Shown one piece after another: positions 1-9,166 of a DNA stretch of 51,823 nucleotides. A program made the position numbers and the translations under genes. Numbering within the stretch: the first letter of the stretch is position 1; each line of letters begins with the position of its first letter. Source of the DNA: an uncultured bacterium (lineage in GTDB: Bacteria; Armatimonadota; Hebobacteria; Hebobacterales; Hebobacteraceae); assembly GCA_964385645.1 (NCBI GenBank), contig CAYLPT010000003.1:1-51823 (forward strand), read 5' to 3'. The notes beneath the pieces were generated by a model. That model was not told where the DNA came from, ran no database searches, and saw only the letters and a program-made list of their open reading frames with translations.

Positions 1-1
1 C

Positions 2-1501
2 CACATCCACGACAACCGGATCACCAGCAATGTGTCGGTCTGCACCAACCGACACGCCTACGACTCCTATGCCGTATGGATTGGGGGAGCAGCAACTGGG
101 GTGAGCTTCCACCACAACACTATCCGCGGGGGTCACGGCGGGATCGCTGTCACCAGAGGCAACGACGTCGCCATATACGAGAACGATATCAGCCACAGGT
201 GCCTTGCGGGCAACGGCTACGGTGTGACCCTCTACGCCCCACGAAACACTGTGGTGCGCGACAATCGCATCGTCAGCGAGGACGGGCTCGGCATACTGGT
301 TGACAACGAATACCAGAACGTAGAGATCACGGGGAACTACATTGACGTCCGGATGGTCCCGAAAGCTGAGGGGATATACGCGTGGGGTATCAAGTGCCGG
401 ACCTACCCAGAGGTCGCCAACCCCTATGGTCTCCGAGTGCGCGCCAATGTGATCACCTCGACCACCGGCGAAGGGTACCTCCCATGGGCGGCCGGCATCG
501 GGATCTACGACGGCCACCAACACCTCGGCAACGAGTACTCGAACAACGCCATCACGGCGATCTCAACGGACGCGACGAAGCGGGCGGCTGGGATCATAGT
601 CGCCGGGGCGAAGGCCGCCAACACCGGAACCGTGGTCTACGGCAACCGGATCGTCAGCAACCACGTGAATGTCAAGCTGTCCTCATCCGATGGCGAAGGC
701 GCTGACGGAATCCGGTTCGTCTCCAACACCCTGGTGAGGGCAGAGAACCCCGTAGACTACGCGACGCTGGGCGTGGGCCATTGGACGTGCTCGACTCTTG
801 ACACGGTCTTCCTAGACACCCGCACTGAGAACGGCGCTGACATCCATGATGCCATGCTCGTGCCCCGGAGCGGCGGCGGGGAGTACAGCTACTACGTGAG
901 CTGGTACCTGGACGTTGAGGTACGGAATGACGCGGGTCATCCGGTTGAGGGTGCTGCGGTGGTGGGGACCACGGCCTCCGAGGGCGAGGGAGGGGAGCGC
1001 GTTGTGCGCATGACCGACGCACGCGGCCTTGCGAGGCTGGAGCTAACGGAGTACTACAGACACGGCATGACCTGGCCCGCCACATCCGAGTACGAGCACC
1101 GTACGCCCCATGTTGTGACCGTCCACAAGGACGGCTACGAGCCCTGGTCTGACAGGGTCGTCATGGACGCCAGCAAGACCATCGGCGTCACGCTGGTGCC
1201 GGAGGAGGCCGCCGGCGAGCCTGACGTGTCGGTGCAGCTCTCGGCTGATCGTCCCGTCGTGGCTCCCGGGGAGGTCGTCACCTACACGATCGAGGTGCGG
1301 AACACGAGCACGAGCACCCTCGGGCCCGTGGTCGTGGTTGACCCGATCCCGGAGCACTGCGTGTATGTCCCGGGGAGCGCCAAGCTGGACGGTGTGCCAA
1401 TCAGCCCTGACCCCTACAGCGCGGGGCAGATGACCGTCGTTCTGGACACCGTGGAGCCAGGGCAGGCCAGGCGGGTGACCTTCCAGGTTGTCTTGCGGTA
1501 G
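2..1501 (+). CDS. 5'-partial protein with right-handed parallel beta-helix (pectin lyase-like) repeats, a carboxypeptidase-regulatory/PEGA-like segment and a C-terminal DUF11 Ig-like domain
   Basis: The frame is open from base 2 (HIHDNRITSN...). It has repeated I-x-x-N-x-I beta-helix rungs, a 'TVHKDGYEP' segment and the DUF11 signature 'VAPGEVVTYTIEVRN...VVVDPIPEHCVYVPGS'. Confidence 0.75.
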   Translation, partial: HIHDNRITSNVSVCTNRHAYDSYAVWIGGAATGVSFHHNTIRGGHGGIAVTRGNDVAIYENDISHRCLAGNGYGVTLYAPRNTVVRDNRIVSEDGLGILVDNEYQNVEITGNYIDVRMVPKAEGIYAWGIKCRTYPEVANPYGLRVRANVITSTTGEGYLPWAAGIGIYDGHQHLGNEYSNNAITAISTDATKRAAGIIVAGAKAANTGTVVYGNRIVSNHVNVKLSSSDGEGADGIRFVSNTLVRAENPVDYATLGVGHWTCSTLDTVFLDTRTENGADIHDAMLVPRSGGGEYSYYVSWYLDVEVRNDAGHPVEGAAVVGTTASEGEGGERVVRMTDARGLARLELTEYYRHGMTWPATSEYEHRTPHVVTVHKDGYEPWSDRVVMDASKTIGVTLVPEEAAGEPDVSVQLSADRPVVAPGEVVTYTIEVRNTSTSTLGPVVVVDPIPEHCVYVPGSAKLDGVPISPDPYSAGQMTVVLDTVEPGQARRVTFQVVLR

Positions 1502-2576
1502 GCGCGCGCGGCGCGCTATCACACGCGCACCTTCGTGCCAGCTCCGCGATCGCGCGCATGCAGTCGTCTGTCGAGTAACCGCCACGCTCGATGCGCTCTC
1601 GTGCCTTTCGTCCCATCTCTGCGGCCAGGTCGGGTTGTGCCAGGAGCGACCGGAGAGCACGCCGCAGCGCGTCGGGGTCTCCCGAGGCGACTATGATGCC
1701 GCCGACGCCGTGCTCGATGTAGCCCTCGGCACCCCTAGAGTCGCAGAGAATGACGGGCTTGCCCATCGCCATCGCGTTCAAGTAGGTCTGCTGACCGCCT
1801 GAGTGCAGAAGACCGGCCTCCATGGGGACGACCACCACGCGAGCGCCGGCCATGAGTCGCCGGAACTCGGCGTGGTCGCAGGGTAGAACTCGCATGTTGT
1901 CCGGGATCGGTACGCCCTTGAACGCGGCGCGATTCGTCGTGGCTACGATCGTCCGGACTCCGAGGTCGCCGACCGCTAACGCTAGGGTGGCATAGTCCCT
2001 GTCGCCGTTGCCTCCGGAGAAGATGTAGCCGCCCGCGCTCACCTTGTACTCGTAGCCGAGGAGAGTGGTGTGGAAAGGCATGAAGACGAACTTGTGCTCG
2101 GGGATGCCGAAGGCGCGGGAGTAACTCTCCACCTCGTGCGCCGCCCAGACGACGAAGCGTGAGACTGAGCGAGACTCGACTTGCAGCTGAAGCGCCTTGA
2201 GGCATCTGATGACCGGCGACCGCGGCAGGTACCAGAGGCAGTCGACCATGACTGTTGGCAGCCGGCGACTGCAGAGAAGCGACTGGAGGAGCGCGAACAG
2301 ATTCCCCGTCGTATCGCTGGCGACGACCGCTGCCCGGAAGCGGTGTCGCTGCCGGAGCATACCCGCGGCCGTCAGGAACGCCCGGAAGACCCGCCCCGGG
2401 CGGCCGGCCCGCACGAGCACGCGGTCCAGGCGCCTCGGGATCCGGTAGCAGTAAGTGTTCTGGTGCCAGAAGCTACTGACGCGTGCAGGGATGTGGGTCA
2501 GCACATCCCGCTTCGGCACCTCAGGTGCGTACTTTGTGCTGCCGGGTCGTCGCGGGCCCACCGCCACCCCGCTCAT
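1401..2576 (-). CDS. Glycosyltransferase family 4 (GT-B)
   Basis: Motifs 'SGGNGDRDY' and 'GQQTYLNAMAMGKPVI...GIIVASGDPDAL'. ATGA overlap with the upstream gene. The C-terminus overlaps the convergent gene by 101 bp. Confidence 0.85.
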   Translation of the reverse strand: MSGVAVGPRRPGSTKYAPEVPKRDVLTHIPARVSSFWHQNTYCYRIPRRLDRVLVRAGRPGRVFRAFLTAAGMLRQRHRFRAAVVASDTTGNLFALLQSLLCSRRLPTVMVDCLWYLPRSPVIRCLKALQLQVESRSVSRFVVWAAHEVESYSRAFGIPEHKFVFMPFHTTLLGYEYKVSAGGYIFSGGNGDRDYATLALAVGDLGVRTIVATTNRAAFKGVPIPDNMRVLPCDHAEFRRLMAGARVVVVPMEAGLLHSGGQQTYLNAMAMGKPVILCDSRGAEGYIEHGVGGIIVASGDPDALRRALRSLLAQPDLAAEMGRKARERIERGGYSTDDCMRAIAELARRCACDSAPRAPTARQPGRSPAWPALAPRCPERRSSAPRCRGQG

Positions 2577-3790
2577 GTCACGCGCTCCGAGCCCGCCTGA
2601 GGCTGTGGGGTGGGGCGGCAGTTCTGCTGCGGGTGCTCCGGCACTGCTGGAGCGCGGGAAGCCTCAACTCCTAAGCAGGATGAACGCGCGACCGCCTCGT
2701 ACAGCCGGAGGTTGCTTTCCACCATCGTCGAGAGCCTATAGCAGGTCAGCGCGCGCGCCTGCGCTGCCCTGCCCAGTCGCCTACGCCTGGCCGCGTCGCG
2801 AGCGAGGGAGAGGATATCAGAGGTGAGGGCTTGAGGGTTCCCGGCTGGGACCAGTACGCCGACAGACGGCGAGCCAATCACTTCGCTGTTGCCGCCAACC
2901 CGCGTGGCGACACACGGCAAGCCAGTCGCCATCGCCTCGAGTAGCACATTGGGCATGCCTTCCGAGAGCGACGGCAACACGAAGATGTCGAACTCCCGCA
3001 GTAGCTGAGGGACATCAGCCCGCGCGCCAAGGAAGTGGACGCGCCCGTTCAGCCCCAGCCGCGACGCCCGCATCCGTAGCGCTTCACCCTCGGAACCGCC
3101 GTCGTCTCCCACCAATACGAAGTGACACTGCGGGCGTGCCTTGACAACCTCAGCAGCCGCGTCGAGAAGATGCCGGTACCCCTTGATGGAGTGGAGCCGC
3201 CCCACCGTTCCCACTACGATCGCCTCCTCAGGAACCCCAAGCGACTGCAGCACGCCAGCCCCGGGCCCTGGGCGGAAGACTTCGGTGTCAACACCGTTGG
3301 GGACAACGGTGATGCGGCCCCTTCGTATGCGGGCGTACTGTGACAGCAGCTCTGCTGCTTCCTCTGACACAGCGGTGACCGCAGATGCCAGCCGCGCGGT
3401 CACCATCCACGCCAGTCGCCGGTACCAGGTTGCGAAATCGTAGTGGACGCTGCGGAGGCTCACGATGCACGGCAGGCTCGCGAGTCCTGCAGCCAGCGTC
3501 CCGTACACGCTCATGTGGAAGAGGAAGCTGTGCACGAGGTCAATGCGGTGGCGTCGCATTAGGGCAGCGAGCCGGAGTACCGAGGTTAGGTTCCAGCCTG
3601 TATAGCGGCGCGCGGGCCCGATGGGAATGACCTCAGCTCCGGCCTGGCGCGCAGCGTCGGCAAGCCAGCCGTCTCCTACGGACCCCAGGACCGGCACGAA
3701 CGGCGAGCCGCGGAGTCCCCGCATAAGCTGCATGATCGCGGTTTCGGTACCCCCCCGATCGGCCGTCTCAGTTAGGTAGAGGATGCGCAC
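2573..3790 (-). CDS. Glycosyltransferase family 4
   Basis: 'GGTE', 'VPNGVD' and 'DIFVLPSLSEGMPNVLLEAMATGLPCVATRVGG' (EX7E motif). Confidence 0.93.
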   Translation of the reverse strand: MRILYLTETADRGGTETAIMQLMRGLRGSPFVPVLGSVGDGWLADAARQAGAEVIPIGPARRYTGWNLTSVLRLAALMRRHRIDLVHSFLFHMSVYGTLAAGLASLPCIVSLRSVHYDFATWYRRLAWMVTARLASAVTAVSEEAAELLSQYARIRRGRITVVPNGVDTEVFRPGPGAGVLQSLGVPEEAIVVGTVGRLHSIKGYRHLLDAAAEVVKARPQCHFVLVGDDGGSEGEALRMRASRLGLNGRVHFLGARADVPQLLREFDIFVLPSLSEGMPNVLLEAMATGLPCVATRVGGNSEVIGSPSVGVLVPAGNPQALTSDILSLARDAARRRRLGRAAQARALTCYRLSTMVESNLRLYEAVARSSCLGVEASRAPAVPEHPQQNCRPTPQPQAGSERVT

Positions 3791-3795
3791 CGCAC

Positions 3796-5184
3796 CTACT
3801 TCCGAGGTTCGCGGGCCGCGCTGGTACCAGCAGACTCAACGAGCGCCGCGCGCGACTCGCAGAAGAGGTACTTGCCGGAGGGGGCGCGGGGGATCGCGGC
3901 GACCTTCTGGACCGTGACTGGGACGTTATCACCCAGCAGCGTCCGGACGGCATCCCGGATGGCCGCTTCGTGTTCGGGGCCGAAGCCATTCCGAGGCAGA
4001 GCGCGGACCTCCATACTCAGGTCCTCCGACTGGACGTACTGAAGCTGCGCGGGGACGTCCACGCAGTGATCCAGGGCGTGACCCGACACCACTGTGCCGC
4101 TCGCTGTGACCAGCAGCGCGCTCTGCCGGCCCGCCAGCCCGGCAAGCAGGGGATGCTGGAGCCCACACGGACAGGGGTGCCGCGCCCAGGCCGCCACATC
4201 GCCGGTGTCGTAGCGGATGAGCGGCATACCGTATGCCTCCAGGTCCGTAGCGACGAGCGTGCCGACCTCGCCAGGCGAGGCGGGCGCTCCGCCTTCAGTC
4301 AGGACCTCGAGCCGCAGGGTGAACATGTTGACGTGGAGACCGCGGTGCCGCCGGCACTCCGTTGCGATGAGGCCGAGCTCCCGACTGCCGTACTCGTTGA
4401 AGACCTCGCCTCCCAGAAGTGCCTGGATGGACTTCCTTTGATGGTCATATAGGGGCTCTGCCGTGCAGGCGATCGCGGGGACCTTCAGGTCAACGCCATG
4501 ATCGGCTGCCCACTCTGCCACGTACCGGATGGCCTCCGTATATCCCCGCAGTAGGGTCGGGCGCAGCCGTCGCAGGCGGAGTACGAAGCGCTTCACGTCG
4601 TTATCCGCCAGGCGGAAGGCGTTGAGAACCAGAGGCCGTCTCATCGCGTACGCAGCTGCGCGGTAGCGCCACGACGGTCGAGCGAAGTCCTGGGGGGCCC
4701 CCCAGACGACGGCGTACGGGTCGCCGGGCCGCCACCCGTACCAGCGCGCGAAGGCAGCGTGACTGGCCCAGTGCATGTCTCTGCAACGCCGGTCTCGTTT
4801 GAAGTGCATGGGGATGCCGGTTGTACCGCCCGTGAAAGCATCCACCAGCTCGCTTCCTGGTATGTTGCGCGCTGTGAGGTCGGGGAGGTGGTTCCTGATG
4901 TCTTGCTTCGTCAGTATCGGGAGCTTCCGAAGATCGTCGAAGTCCTTGATGTCGCGCGGTCTGAGGCCGCGTTCGTCGAAGACCCGGCGGTAGTAGGGCA
5001 CGTTCTCATAGGCATGCTTCAGCAGGCGTTCCAGCTTCCGCCACTGCCGTTCGGCAATCTCGTCTGCCGAGAGGAACTCCCATGCCGCGATCCGCCTTGC
5101 GTACGATTGGCCGTGTGTGCCCCCCTTCAGCGCGGCGTATAGCGGGATCACCAAGTGCCTCGCGATCGGCGCGTACCAGTCCAT
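3796..5184 (-). CDS. Phenylacetate-CoA ligase family / CapK-like adenylate-forming enzyme
   Basis: 'AYENVPYYR', P-loop 'TGGTTG', 'YGSRE', 'PLIRYDTGD', 'SGKY'. Start set at MDWYAP (5184), just after the upstream stop. Confidence 0.88.
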   Translation of the reverse strand: MDWYAPIARHLVIPLYAALKGGTHGQSYARRIAAWEFLSADEIAERQWRKLERLLKHAYENVPYYRRVFDERGLRPRDIKDFDDLRKLPILTKQDIRNHLPDLTARNIPGSELVDAFTGGTTGIPMHFKRDRRCRDMHWASHAAFARWYGWRPGDPYAVVWGAPQDFARPSWRYRAAAYAMRRPLVLNAFRLADNDVKRFVLRLRRLRPTLLRGYTEAIRYVAEWAADHGVDLKVPAIACTAEPLYDHQRKSIQALLGGEVFNEYGSRELGLIATECRRHRGLHVNMFTLRLEVLTEGGAPASPGEVGTLVATDLEAYGMPLIRYDTGDVAAWARHPCPCGLQHPLLAGLAGRQSALLVTASGTVVSGHALDHCVDVPAQLQYVQSEDLSMEVRALPRNGFGPEHEAAIRDAVRTLLGDNVPVTVQKVAAIPRAPSGKYLFCESRAALVESAGTSAAREPRK

Positions 5185-5188
5185 GGCC

Positions 5189-6571
5189 TTACCTGACGAT
5201 TCCGTCTGCTTCGGCAGCGCTCCGCGACGCGATCTCGCACACCGTAAAGCGGTACTTGCCCGATACTGTGCGCTCGATGCGCGCGGGATAAGCAAACTCG
5301 ACGGTGACCGGCCCAAGGTAGGTGAGAAGGCGGCGCCGCACCTCGTCCGCGAGGGACTCGGGCAGCCTCCTGCCGCCCTCAACACGCACTTCGACGCGGC
5401 CCTGGTTGTCCTGGCGGAGCTGGACGGTGCCAAGTTCGGGGAGATCGCGTGTCATAAGGGTCAGCGCAGCCCCCGAGACCATCCGACCGTCTGCGCTCAG
5501 CAGGAAGTCGGTGGTGCGGGAGCCAGCCAGCCTGAGGCGCGGGAGCGCTCGCCCGCAAGGGCAGGGCCGATCCAGCAACTGACCGAAGTCGCCAATATCG
5601 TACCGGATGAACGGCATTCCATAGCTGTTGAGCTTCGTCACCAGGACACGCCCTATGCCCTGCTGGTCAGGGTCGGCGATCTCGACGTAGACGTCTTCGG
5701 CGGCAATGTGTAGGCCGTCCCTGACCTCACACTCACTGGCGATCAGCCCGGTTTCGCGCGCCCCATAGCGGTCGAAGGCAGGACAGCCAGTGACCTCCTC
5801 GATCAACCTACGATTCCCCGGTGTGAGGGCCTCGGCCGACGAGACAATGGAGCGGAGGGAGGGGATGAGCAGGCCGCGATCACTCAGCACTCGCGCGAAC
5901 TCAGCCAGGGCGCCTGCATAGCCGAAGACGACCCGCGCCCGCCAACGCCGCAGCGCGAGGCCGAACCGGCGAAGGCCGTCACTAGTGACATCGAAGGCGT
6001 TGAGGGAGAGCGTGGGCGTCAGCAGGGCGGAGGCCACGCGCTCGCGGAGAGCAGGCGACCCGTTCAGGTCCCGCGGCGCGCCCCAGATAACGCCAGCTCG
6101 GTCACCGACATCCCACGCGGCCCAGCGGTTGTGGCGCCAGGCCGTGGCGGCACGGAGTGCCGTCTCGTCGCGGTCCATGCAGAACCGCACCGGTCGGCCG
6201 CATGACCCGCCTGTGGCGTTCTCCACCACGCAGGTCTCCCATCCGTTGGCGATGAGCCTGCTGGCGTGCTCGCGCAGGTCATCCCGGGTCAGCGGCGACA
6301 GTGCACGAAGGTCATCGAGCGACTGGATGTCCTGTGGCGAGAGTCCGGCCTGTCTGAACCGCTCCCTGTAGAACCGCACATGGCTGAAAGCGTGAGCCGC
6401 GAGCGCCTGAACCCGCGCAAGCTGAAGGGCGGCGATCTCCTCTTGCGACCACCACTGGCTCCGCTCGAGCGCCCGAAGCCGCCGCGCCACCGTGCCCCAG
6501 AAGCCGTTGCCGGAGAAGGAGGCCACCGCGGGGAAGGCGAGGGAGCGCATCAGGGCAGCCCGCGCGCTCAT
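5189..6571 (-). CDS. Phenylacetate-CoA ligase family / CapK-like adenylate-forming enzyme (paralog)
   Basis: 'TGGSCG', 'YGARE', 'PFIRYDIGD', 'SGKYRF'. ATGA overlap with the upstream gene. Confidence 0.88.
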   Translation of the reverse strand: MSARAALMRSLAFPAVASFSGNGFWGTVARRLRALERSQWWSQEEIAALQLARVQALAAHAFSHVRFYRERFRQAGLSPQDIQSLDDLRALSPLTRDDLREHASRLIANGWETCVVENATGGSCGRPVRFCMDRDETALRAATAWRHNRWAAWDVGDRAGVIWGAPRDLNGSPALRERVASALLTPTLSLNAFDVTSDGLRRFGLALRRWRARVVFGYAGALAEFARVLSDRGLLIPSLRSIVSSAEALTPGNRRLIEEVTGCPAFDRYGARETGLIASECEVRDGLHIAAEDVYVEIADPDQQGIGRVLVTKLNSYGMPFIRYDIGDFGQLLDRPCPCGRALPRLRLAGSRTTDFLLSADGRMVSGAALTLMTRDLPELGTVQLRQDNQGRVEVRVEGGRRLPESLADEVRRRLLTYLGPVTVEFAYPARIERTVSGKYRFTVCEIASRSAAEADGIVR

Positions 6572-7995
6572 GCCGCCTGCTCCGCTGTTAGCACGGTCTT
6601 ACCGGCCGCGACGGCCTCGGTCTGAGTGAGCCGATCAAGGATGACCGTCAGGGCGGCGACGAAGTAGTAGGTGAAGCTGGCGAGGTTGTGACCAGCGAGG
6701 CCGGTGATGAGGCGGCTCCAGATCGCGATGGTCATCGCCCACGCGAGGTAGTACTCCAGCCGCCACTCGCCGCCGGCGTCCCTCAGGCGCCGGCGGATCG
6801 CACTCTGTGTCCCCAGCACAGCGACGATGAAGAACAGAAACGCGGCGCCGCCTACGACCCCCGTCTCGCCAAGAACCTGGTAGTAGACGCTGTGGGCGTT
6901 GTGCCAAGTGCTGCCGTACAGCTCATGGCTGGCGGTGCCGAAGTTGCCGATACCCGCGCCGAACAGCGGGTGGTCGAGGAACATCTCCCGCCCAACCCGC
7001 CAGTGAGCCCTGCGCGTCTGGTAGGTGACCTCCTCAGTATAGGTCAGGATCGAGCGCATCCGCTCCTGCTGCTGAGGCGGGGTCAGGATCCACATCACCG
7101 CTGTCAGGACAACGATGGCGCCGGCAGTGACCATCCTGCGGCGGCCGGCAAGCGGTAGAAGCGCCAGGACCCCGGCCAGGCCAATGAACCCGGCGCGGGA
7201 TCCGGTCAGAGGCACTGTGATCAGGATCAGCATCGCGATGGAACCTGCGAGCAGCCGCGGCACGATCCGCCGCGCATGGAGCGCCAGGACGAACGCGAAT
7301 GGGAGCCCCGCGATGAACAGACCGGCGAGGGTGTTGGGGTCTCCGAACGTGTCCGTCATGCCGATGGCGCGGTCAATGCCCTGAACGAACTTGACCTCCT
7401 CGTGGGTCACGAAGCCACGGTAGGACCAGAGGACCTGATAGCCTGTGCAGAGGAGGAACGCCCACGAGACCAGGTGGAACTGCCGCCTGGCAGTTACGAT
7501 GGCGACCAGAAGGAAGTAGCCCAGGACCATCTTCGCGAAGTCGCCGGTGGAAACAAGTGAGCCATACCTCCAGTACGCCATCGGGATGCTCGCTGCAAGG
7601 GCGAGCAACAATCCGAGCATAGCGGCATGGAGACGATGCCGGCCTATGGCGCCCTTGCCTTCGGCGACCAGTATGCGCGCCGTCAGGCTAACGAGCAGCA
7701 CCGCGACCACGAAGCGCTCTGGCCGGAATGCCGCGAGGGCCGGGATCACCTCACCGGGACGCAGGAACTGTACCAGCACATAGGCCACCGCCCCCACGAG
7801 CGGCTGACAGAAGGCGCCAACGCCGATGCCAAGCAGGATGGCCGCGCCGATGGCATACATCGGCTCGGCCGTCAGCACGATCAGCCCAAGGGCAGCACCC
7901 ACCGGTGCAGCGAGCAACCAGCGGGGCCACACAAGCGGCCCACGGCGCAGGTGCGCGAGATAGCCGCGGGCGGCCGGGGACTGCGAGAGGCTCAT
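6568..7995 (-). CDS. O-antigen ligase/polymerase (Wzy_C) family membrane protein, resembling exosortase-associated O-glycosylation ligases
   Basis: About 11-12 hydrophobic segments, with 'DPNTLA', 'TGSRAG', 'HPLFGAGIGNF' and 'HNAHSVYYQVLGETG'. GGAGG lies upstream of the ATG at 7995. Confidence 0.85.
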   Translation of the reverse strand: MSLSQSPAARGYLAHLRRGPLVWPRWLLAAPVGAALGLIVLTAEPMYAIGAAILLGIGVGAFCQPLVGAVAYVLVQFLRPGEVIPALAAFRPERFVVAVLLVSLTARILVAEGKGAIGRHRLHAAMLGLLLALAASIPMAYWRYGSLVSTGDFAKMVLGYFLLVAIVTARRQFHLVSWAFLLCTGYQVLWSYRGFVTHEEVKFVQGIDRAIGMTDTFGDPNTLAGLFIAGLPFAFVLALHARRIVPRLLAGSIAMLILITVPLTGSRAGFIGLAGVLALLPLAGRRRMVTAGAIVVLTAVMWILTPPQQQERMRSILTYTEEVTYQTRRAHWRVGREMFLDHPLFGAGIGNFGTASHELYGSTWHNAHSVYYQVLGETGVVGGAAFLFFIVAVLGTQSAIRRRLRDAGGEWRLEYYLAWAMTIAIWSRLITGLAGHNLASFTYYFVAALTVILDRLTQTEAVAAGKTVLTAEQAA

Positions 7996-8161
7996 GCAGG
8001 CAACCTCCGCATGACGGGGATGACGAGCAGGCGCGGGCGGCGATCGTCGACACTCCCCCTTGGGCCAGCGTGGCGGCCATCGTCTGTCGTTATCGACCCC
8101 TGCGTTGCCGTCCACAGATGCCAGGCAGGGCTCTCGGTTAAGGTCTCTACGGAACCGCGGG

Positions 8162-9166
8162 TCACGGAAGCCATCCTTGAGACGATGTCAGGACGGCAGC
8201 GGCAGCACTGATAACAGTTCGCACGCGCCTCTTCGCGCGCCAGAGCCTGGCCAACTCCCTCTCCCCGCCTAATGCCGCAACTGCAGCGTCACACGCCAAG
8301 AGAGGCAGTCCGCTACGCAGTGCCACCCACGACTCATGCAAGAGCCTCACCCGCGCATGCCAGCCGTCCCCTTCTCGCCACAGCGCGAGAGCGTGGTATA
8401 TGCGCGCCCTGCAGCACCACCCCTGGAGGGCACGCCGTTCTGAGCGAGTCAGCCCCCGGTAGGAACGCAGGGCGTTGTCACCAAGCCGCACCCAATGAAC
8501 GGTCGAGCGCGATCCAGACCGACAGAGACTGCCCCTTGCAGCCCGAAAGGCGGCGACCACTGCGTCAACGTAGCCGATCGGGGTCTCGCGAGCCACACGC
8601 CACCACATTTCGCTGTCTTGGCCACTGAGTATCTGCTCGTCAAAAGGGCCGGCCCTTTCGAGAGCGCTCCGCCGAATGGTGACCGTCGGTGTCGTCATCA
8701 TCTGATGGTCACAGAGTGCCGCGAAGATGCGGCCGCTACGCCCTCCCCCATGGGCCGCGACCCAGAGCCCAGACGATGCCGTTGCACCCAGCCCAAGATG
8801 CCTCACCTCGGCATACGCCGCCCCGTACTCGGGATGGTCGTCCAGGAACCGCACTGCGCTCTCGAGTCTGTTGGGCAGGTAAAGGTCGTCCGAGTCGAGG
8901 AAAGCGATGTACTCGCCTTGGCTGGCGCGGATGCCGTCGTTGCGGGCGGTGCCGGTGCCGCCGTTGATCTGCCGGTAGATAACCCGGATCCTGTCGGGGT
9001 ACCGACGCGCGTAGTCGTCGAGGACCTCGTGGGTGTTGTCGGTGGAGGCGTCGTCCACCACGATGATCTCGAAGTCCCGGTAGCTCTGGGCAAGGACGCT
9101 CTCGATCGCCTCGCCCACGATGTGAGCCCGGTTGTAGGTCGGGATGATCACGGAGACGCGTGGCAT
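8162..9166 (-). CDS. Glycosyltransferase family 2
   Basis: 'VSVIIPTYNR', 'IIVVDDASTD', 'ARNDGI...YIAFLDSDD'. TGATG overlap with the upstream stop. Confidence 0.95.
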   Translation of the reverse strand: MPRVSVIIPTYNRAHIVGEAIESVLAQSYRDFEIIVVDDASTDNTHEVLDDYARRYPDRIRVIYRQINGGTGTARNDGIRASQGEYIAFLDSDDLYLPNRLESAVRFLDDHPEYGAAYAEVRHLGLGATASSGLWVAAHGGGRSGRIFAALCDHQMMTTPTVTIRRSALERAGPFDEQILSGQDSEMWWRVARETPIGYVDAVVAAFRAARGSLCRSGSRSTVHWVRLGDNALRSYRGLTRSERRALQGWCCRARIYHALALWREGDGWHARVRLLHESWVALRSGLPLLACDAAVAALGGERELARLWRAKRRVRTVISAAAAVLTSSQGWLP

